From the human T2T-CHM13v2.0 reference genome, Homo sapiens: DNA of 64,000 nt. The position numbers and the translations under genes were made by a program. The stretch lies in the NCBI RefSeq assembly GCF_009914755.1, contig NC_060927.1, one strand, 5' to 3'. Under the pieces are notes generated by a model. The model worked only from the letters and a program-made list of their open reading frames with translations. It was not told the origin of the DNA and searched no databases. Shown piece after piece: positions 53,177 to 64,000 of this stretch. Position 1 is the stretch's first letter; the number at the start of each line of letters is the position of its first letter.

Positions 53177-53924
53177 TGAGCTCTCACCAGTCCTGCTGGG
53201 ACCAGGCTGCAGGCAAAGAACAAACACCTACTTAATGAACTGTGATGACAGAGGAGTGGCCATTTGCTTCCTCCAGTGCTGTCCATGCCAGCTCCTGAGC
53301 CCATTTGTCACTTCCTGGGGACACAGCTGACTCATAGAGCACTGGCAGTAATCTTGGCCTGGGAGAGGTGGGAAACAGAAGGCTTGGATAAAAGCAGGTG
53401 GAGCTGGTGGCTGCCTAGGTAATATGATGGGAATTTTTGTCCACTGACCTGTCCACAATTCTTGGAATTCTGCTAGAACTCAGTATCCAATCCACTTGGT
53501 TCTGAAAGGTTTTTTTTGATTTTTGACCTTCAGCTCGCTCGCTAATGTGAATGTTTGGAGGAGGATACCACTGTTTAGAAACATAATTTAGCATATTAAA
53601 AAAGACTCACAAAAAATCTCAAAATGGCAAAATCAGGTTATAGGTGTTAGGCCCTGGATCTCATTTTATCCAGAATTGTTCCATCTCTGAAATGACAAAT
53701 TCATACACTCTAGAGCATGACACATAGTCTTCTAACCTTCCCACTGAGTTACCCATATTACACTGCCCTTCAGCCTCCTGGAGACCTCTTTTTCTTTTTA
53801 AAAAAAACTTTTATTTTGGGTTCAGGGGTATGGAGATCTCTTTTTCTATGAAAGGATCACAGTCTGTATCTGCCTTAAGATATAGTCATAGACAACCGTT
53901 ATTCAAAGTAAGGGGCCATAAGTT

Positions 53925-54203
53925 TGGACGCCATGGCTCATGCTTGTAATCCCAGCACTTTGGGAGGCCGAGGCAGGTGGATTGCTGGAGCCCAGGAGTT
54001 CAAGACCAGCCTGGGCAACATGGTGAAATACAGAAAACTTCAAAAATTAGCTGGGCATGGTGGCACACATCTGTGGTCCCAGCTACTCAGAAGACCGAGG
54101 TGGGAGAATCACTTGACCCCAGGAGGCAGAAGATGCAGTGAGCTATGATCGCACCACTACACACCAGCCTGGGCAATAGAATGAGAACCCATCTCAAAAA
54201 AAA
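53925..54203 (+). mobile_element. AluJ-like element
   Basis: Diverged dimeric Alu. Confidence 0.85.
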
Positions 54204-54240
54204 GGTAAAGGGCCATGATTGTATGTCTATTTGTGTGTGT

Positions 54241-54663
54241 ATGATTTTATCACTTTATTTGACAATCAGTGGTTGGCTCTCACCCACATTGACTGTCTAT
54301 AGATGTTTGAAAGTGGTCACAGGTACATAGTTAAACCAAAGTATAGAGTTTGTTTGCTGAACCTTCACCCTCATTATGTTTTCTGCACGATAAACATGGA
54401 TGTGGTACGGCCCTTCCTTTCACCCAGACATTTGTTGAGCCTAGTATTAGTGCGTACATCTGGAGTCCCCATCTCCATCATGGCAGATTTCTGGATCTCT
54501 CTTGAGTGCCTGAGGGGTATTCTTCTTGAAGCCCACTCCATGGATGCACCTGTGAATGTTGATGGTGTATCCTCAGGTCACTGCCTCATTGATGGCAGAA
54601 TGACCCCCCTTTTTCTGGCTACCCTTTTTGCAGGAGTCATTCTGCTGGGCCCAAGTGGGAAGC
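54241..54663 (-). pseudogene. Processed pseudogene of ribosomal protein L31 (RPL31), degenerate
   Basis: ATG at 54640, with peptides [38 protein letters not shown] and YVPVTTFK matching RPL31. Has frameshifts, an in-frame TGA at 54573-54575, AATAAA at 54254-54259 and no introns. Confidence 0.93.
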
Positions 54664-54709
54664 CATTATATCCTCTATTACCTACCTTTCAGTTTAAGAA
54701 AATATTACT

Positions 54710-55230
54710 GTGATAGGCTGAAAAATGCTCTTCCAAAGCTACCAGGTCCTCATCTCTGAAGCCTGGAAATGTTCAGTTTGGAAAAAATGTCATAGCAGAT
54801 ATGATTGAGTTAAGGCTTTTTTTTTTCCTTTGTGACAGAGTCTCACTCTGATGCCCAGGCTGGAGTGCAGTGGTGCAGTGATGCAGTGGCTCACTGCAAC
54901 CTCCGCCTCCTGGGTTCAAGCAATTCTCCTGCCTCAGCCTCCTGAGTAGCTGGGATTACAGGCATGTGCCACCCCACCCAGCTAATTTTTGTATTTTTAG
55001 TAGAGATGGGGTTTCGCAATGTTGGCCAGGCTGGTCTCAAACTTCTGACCTCAAGTGATCCACCTGCCTCAGACTCCTAAAGTTCTGGGATTACAGGCGT
55101 GAGCCACCGCACACAGCCGAGTTAGACTTTTGAAGTAGGGAGATTATCCTGGATTATCCAGGTGGGCCCTAAATGTAATTACATGTATTCTTTTGGAGAC
55201 AGGCAGAAGATTTCACACTTGACACACACA

Positions 55231-55280
<50 letters not shown>

Positions 55281-55545
55281 CCCTGTGAAGACAAGCAGAT
55301 TTGAAGATTGGAGTGTTGTGGCCACAAACCAAGGAATGCCAGCAGCCACCAAAATACCAAAAGTTGGAAGAGGTAAGGAACAGATTCTCCCCTAGAGCCT
55401 TCACAGCCCTGCCCACACCTTCATTTCGGCCCAGTGATACTGATTTTGGACTTCTGGCCTCCAGAACTATGAGAGAATACATTTCAGGTGCTTTAAACCA
55501 CTGAGTTTGTGGTCATTTGCTACAGCAGCCACAGAAACTAATGCA
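54710..55545 (+). mobile_element. MLT1C/D-like MaLR LTR interrupted by an Alu (54816-55119,-) and a (CA)n tract
   Basis: GAGATTATCCTGGATTATCCAGGTGGGCCCTAAATGTAAT, CCAAGGAATGCCAGCAGCCACC and TGCTACAGCAGCCACAGAAACTAATGCA. Confidence 0.8.
55222..55278. repeat. (CA)n microsatellite with one interruption
   Basis: Read directly from the sequence. Confidence 0.95.
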
Positions 55546-55559
55546 GTTACCCATGCAAT

Positions 55560-56350
<791 letters not shown>

Positions 56351-57631
56351 GCAGATGTGGGTTGGATTTTGGCAGCAGGACATTTCAACAAAAGGAGTGA
56401 TGTGTACTAAAGGTACAGACAGGGGAGGCATGGGAAGTGGTCATTAGTTTTCTTTGAAAAAGCAGTGGTTCTCAGTCAAGTCAGGGAAGCAGGTTTGAAT
56501 CACCCTGGAGAATGTTTTGCAACCTTTTGCCCTCTGTCTCCCCATCCTGGGATGTCTTCCCAAGGAACCAATATATTTCCCCCCCGGGTAATTGCGACAT
56601 GCTTTGGTTGAAAACCAAAAATGGCTGCCTGAGAAGGAGCCACGGGAGAAGAGGCAGGCAAGTTGGGTGGCGAGGACTGAGATACCCAGCCAGGAGGATG
56701 CATGTCAATCAGGGGTCACAGAGAGTCTCTAAGCAGAAGCTGAGCACCTTCCCCTCTACAGATACCCAGAGGCAGCATTAGGGCTACAGCACCCGTAGAC
56801 CAAGAGCTCTGGGGTAGAGTTTAACCACATGTATTACGCTCAGCTTTGATAGCTCTTTTCTCAAGTCTTCCAACCTTGTTCACTGAGAGAGTCACTTTAT
56901 AATGCAATGAGCTGTTGTTCCTCCTGGATCTCTGGGTGTACTGAAGATGCTGAAGGTTGGCTTTTTAATATTTTAATTATAATTAGCATACTAGGAAAAC
57001 TCCGGGGAATAAAATACAGTACTTTCTTGCATTTATAGACTATAATATGGAATATGAGTAAAATATACATATCCCCAAGGAACCAGATATACATCAAAAT
57101 AATTAAGTGGGGGCATAGCTTGGGGGTAGAACATTTGACTGCAAAATAACATATACATTGGTAAGGTTTAGAAAGACACAAAACAATCTACAGGGTTGGT
57201 CTTATAAATAAGTCTGTGGCTTATTGTCCCTAAAAATGATATAAGACTCCCTCTTTGTCAGCAAAATCTCACCTTATTTGTCATATACAAAACTATAAGA
57301 CTAAATGTTTGACCTAGAAGAGTTGTTAGAGAGATCTGGTGGAGTGAGTGGCTAATGAGTGGGGTCAGGGCTAGCGCTGGGCCCACTCTCAGTACCTCCC
57401 ACCACACTGCTCCTTAGCATTATCCAATGATTAGTTCAGATCGCCTTATTCTGCTGGAAGTGTTAGGGAACTCTTGAGTCTATTTGAATGTTGTGTTTAC
57501 TCGAAACATTGATTGTAGCATGAAAGTTGACCATATTTAACAAATATAAAAAATTATAGTAGTTTCTCACTACCAAGGTGAAAATGATTGCTTTTGGGGT
57601 GGAAACCTGTTATAAAATAAAACAATGTTTA

Positions 57632-58000
<369 letters not shown>

Positions 58001-60471
58001 TTACTTGATATCTTTCTTAATGTCTCCTAGAAAAGTGTATAGAGAACCTTTTTGGTAGTAAATAAAGATCACTTTAATAGAGAAATTTTAAACTACAACA
58101 CATCCTATATTCACAAACTAGTACATCTCAGCTGTTCCGTGGATGTGGTGGGATAGGATAATAGTCCAGAAAGGTCTCAAAGTCTGAGGTAGTTGCTGGA
58201 AGAAGAAGCCTATTTCTTTGGACACCTGACTTACGAGAGGGTCAGGCTGAACTAGAAGGAGGTTTTACGGTCTGAAGTTTTAGGGCCTCCACTGTAAGTA
58301 GCAGCCGCAAAACTATAAGAGGGGGAGAAATTACCCATAATTCCACCACGCTAACACATTAATTGCCTTCATTTCCTCTGTTCACTTTTAGTTCTTAATT
58401 TTATGCCATCATTTCATGAGGCTATAAATACAGCATAGTTAAAATGCAGCATTCTTTCACTCAACATTATATTGTGAACGCTTTTGTCTGAGGACTATTC
58501 TGGTTGCAAGGAAGATTTACTCAGTCAAGTTAAATTGTCTCAGAAAATAGTTGTGTGTACGTGCCTAATCTTAGAGAAACCAAGGACAGGCGCCTAAGCT
58601 GGCTAAGCTCCCCAGGAATTGGTGCTAGGGCAGGGAGAGCCAACAGCTACTGAAGCTGCTGTCGGGGGCCTTGGGTGGGCGGGGGGATCTCTGCTTACCC
58701 TGCGTTTCTGTTCCGCACACATCACTTCAGTAGTGCATGGCCGGTAGTGGCCACTACAAGCCACATGACCTTGCAGTACCAGAGCTTTCAATGATCCTCT
58801 TTCCAGACTGCTTAAAGTCAAACTCTTATTTGATTGTCTCAGTTTATCATTTCCATCCAGCGAGGCCATAGAAGTCAGAGGTTTCTGTTCAGCCTGTGGA
58901 TTGGCTGTTGCTAGCTCAGGTGGACACATATTGGTCCAATCAGGGGTGGCTGGGGAGGTAGAGCCACATGCTTTAGATTCTAGCTCTGCAGGGCAGTGAG
59001 GCCGTGCGCTGGGACCCCCCTACCTCCCCCGGCAGTGAGTGTGGCTTCGTAGTTCTTACAACTACAAATGTTCATGAACACATGACATCACATCAAGTGG
59101 CTGTTTCATGATTTATGACCCTTCCTCTGCTGTTAGCTTTAGTTTATCGCCCCTTTCAGCTTGGGGACGGCTACAATAAAACTATGAACATTTTTGGGCA
59201 TACTTCTTCCTTTTCATCTTCCAGATTATATAAAATAATCTTTAAATTCCATAGATTACATTCTCTGAGCACCTCCAGAACAGAAAACATAACCTTGCAA
59301 TTTTTTCTTGTTGTCTAAAAAGGGTCTGTATTTGCTAGAGATTTCTACTGAAGTCGCTATGGGCAAAATAATAGGATGTGATACGTGGGATCTGCTTCAA
59401 AGCACTTTAGGAAAAAAGTTAGGGGGTGCTGAAAGCTGAAGCAAGATTGATGAAATCTCTAGCAAATACACTTTTTAAACAACAACAAAAAATTGCAAGG
59501 TTATGTTTTCTGTTCTGGAGGTGCTCAGAGAATGTAATCTCTCTGGAATTTAAGATGATTTTATATTTTATATATACTGCTGGAGCTGATGATGGGTGCG
59601 TGAGATTTATGATACACTTTGCCTCTGTTTTGTGGTTTATGTCCTACTTCCTTTCTCTTTCTCTCCCCTCTGGATTTTTTTGTTGTTAGTCCCCATGTTT
59701 CCTCTAGACATTTGGTACTCACATACTGCCCTGTGATTCCCCCAAATTTTTCTCAGGTTCGGTTACCCCTGACACCTGCCTCATAAATTCCTTTTCCTTC
59801 CTTACCAAAAACTCCAGTCCATTTGTCTATCTACCTATTCAGTAATTCATTCACATAAAAAAAAAATGAACCTATGTGTTGGTCAAGACATGAAAAATGT
59901 TGCAAAATATAGTGACATTCATTGTTTTAGATGTTACTAGACAGCTATGAAGAGGAACGAAATCACAACTTATTTTGTAGCCTGAGATAAAAGCCAGCTC
60001 CCCAGAGCAACACTCAGGAATAACTGTCTTTCAGCAGAGGAGCCAAATGCCCTCTGGCGGGGGGCGGTGGGGCCAGTGTGTCAGAGTGTAGGGTGTGGCC
60101 GCAGGCAGAGCCCAGGAGAGGCCCTCCTCCCTCCATGCCCACCTCCTCCTCACTGCCTTTTTGCTAACGGCTTTCAGCCTTTTGGGATTTAGAATTGGAA
60201 GCTATATTCTGAGGTCGTATTTATTTAGTTAAATGAAAATTGTATATATTAAAATCCTTGGGATTTTTGTAATCATTAAAGCATCAAAGAGACTCGAGTG
60301 CTCCAGAAAATGAACATTTCATATTCATGCTAAGAAAGCAAAAATCTAATGAAATGGCTGAATTTTCTATTCATTTCCCAAAACATTAGTAAATTGTCAG
60401 TTATGTGAGCTAAGTTAAATTACAGGGCGATCATTCTGAGGTCTTTCTGGTTTTACAAGTCACAATGTTAA

Positions 60472-61717
<1,246 letters not shown>

Positions 61718-61812
61718 TGTTTAAGGATTTCTAAGCATAAGCTTATAATGAAAAACCCACAATAATTAATCCAACTTGGAATCTACTGCGAGCACAGCAG
61801 GTCAGCAACAAG

Positions 61813-61818
61813 TTTATT
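61813..61818 (-). terminator. APOD polyadenylation signal
   Basis: AATAAA on the minus strand ~160 nt after the stop codon; 3' end expected near 61795. Confidence 0.85.
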
Positions 61819-61974
61819 TTGCAGCTAGCAAGGTAACAGGGTAGGGCATGGTTACATGTTTAGGTCAACTTCCTTTGTCGTGGTTGATTGGTTTGTCTTT
61901 ATGGGGGGGGGTGGGGTAGGGGAAAGCGAAGCAGAAGTAACATGGAGTGGGTGCAGCCTCCCTGTAGAACCTGG

Positions 61975-62325
<351 letters not shown>

Positions 62326-62794
62326 TTATCAATCCAGAAACAGAAAGACCCTGGAAAGAAGTTTGGACGAAAGCCTAGACTGAGTGTTTCTGACTTACCC
62401 TTTCTAGCACTGTTGGTGCCCTGCCTGCCTGCCTGCCTCACTCACCCAGAGAGAGAGACAGAGAGAGAGAGAGAGACAGCGTTATAGTCATCACCCATCT
62501 GCACATTTCAGCTGCTCTGTGTATTCCCAGGTGGACTGAGAACTCTTAAGCCCAGAGTGATTTTGCAAAAATCTGTCTCCCACCTCTGCCAGCAGCGGCA
62601 TCATGGCCCACCTGCACTCACCCAGGCTGGCACATTCTGCCTTCCTCTCGTGGTCCAGTTCCGAAGAATAAATTTACCCAGATACAATACAGAAAACTTC
62701 ACATGTCTCTCCTTATTTGAAAACTTTGACAGTCTCCTATTGTTTATGGAAGAAACTTCAAGCCTTTTAATGTGGCATTCAAGGCCCTTCCTAA

Positions 62795-63122
<328 letters not shown>

Positions 63123-64000
63123 TATTCAGGCCTTCTTCTATGTTCCAGTTCCCTTCACTTGGAAATCCTTTTCCATAATCTCCCATAATCCTACAAGGCC
63201 TAACGCAAACATCTAATCCTTGTTATGCATGTAATAGTTAGCTTTCACTCCAATCCCCGTCCCTGATCCCTATGGGAAAAATACTCAGTTGAGAGTTTGG
63301 AGACCTAGGTTGAGGTCCCAACTCTACTTCTAATGAGTTCAGTGATGGCCTGCGTCACTCAGCCCACCTGCACTTTAGCTCCCTTCTTGATAAAAATAAC
63401 AAGAGAAACTGTGTATAAAGCCCTTTACAGTTTACAGAGCGTGTGTATCTGGTTTATTTTCACGACACTGGGCAGTTATTTCTGGCTTGTACATGTGAAG
63501 TTAGTTGTCCATATTCATAGTGTGAGAAGAACTGTTTTCTCCTCCCAGCATTCCTTTCTTGGTCTATAAAATTAGAACTTCCTCTCCTCCCCGCTCTAGG
63601 CACTTGACTGGTGTGGGGTGGAGGAGTGGCAGAGGTGAGAAGTAGGAAGTGCAGGGAGTAACTTTTGTAGCTGATGACTTCAGTGTCTACCCTGCAGGTG
63701 GGAAAGGGGCTTTCAAGCACTCTTCGTGTTAGAAAGCCTCACAGTTCTGGGTTGAACTCTCTAGTGTATCTTCGTCGGAAATAAAACTAATATTTGGTGC
63801 TTTCTCTATTGCCTGTGTCCCTTCCTCAGTTAGCTCAGAACCCAGAGGCAAATGCCTGTCATTAGGTATCTCACAGGATCCCCAACAATGTGACTGGAAA
63901 GTGGCAGAAGCAGGATTCAAACTTGCCGTCACTCTTGTCATCTCTTGCTTCCTAGTTTCTGCGCCGTGCAGGTTGTTCTGCTAATATCTGCTAATGTTTC

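Noticed and set aside
54210-54682. Possible TSD around the RPL31 pseudogene (GCCATGATTGTATGTCTATT versus GCCATTATATCCTCTATT)
   Set aside because: Too degenerate to call.
54303-54713. 136-aa plus-strand ORF
   Set aside because: Antisense shadow of the RPL31 pseudogene.

Overview
This is human (primate) genomic DNA, rich in Alu and other interspersed repeats; the PPP1R2-APOD gene order matches 3q29 from memory. It holds the complete six-exon PPP1R2 gene (protein phosphatase 1 inhibitor-2) on the minus strand. The spliced CDS is 618 nt (205 aa), with a CpG-island promoter near 35.7-36.7 kb and a ~2.5 kb 3'UTR ending near 7385. It also holds the last exon of APOD (minus strand), processed pseudogenes of RPL24 and RPL31, a diverged U6atac copy and a 3'-truncated U6 copy in PPP1R2 introns, about 50 Alu elements, a near-full-length Tigger2, solo LTRs (MaLR, MER4A) and simple repeats. 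Most ORFs in the supplied track are repeat-derived artefacts. I found no convincing new multi-gene system. The best leads are the U6atac-like locus (partly preserved structure, possible L1 chimera or Pol III promoter), an intronic polyadenylation route to a truncated PPP1R2, a divergent CRE/TATA promoter, and a nested retrotransposition record around the RPL24 pseudogene. Repeat subfamily names come from recalled consensus sequences and repeat boundaries are approximate.
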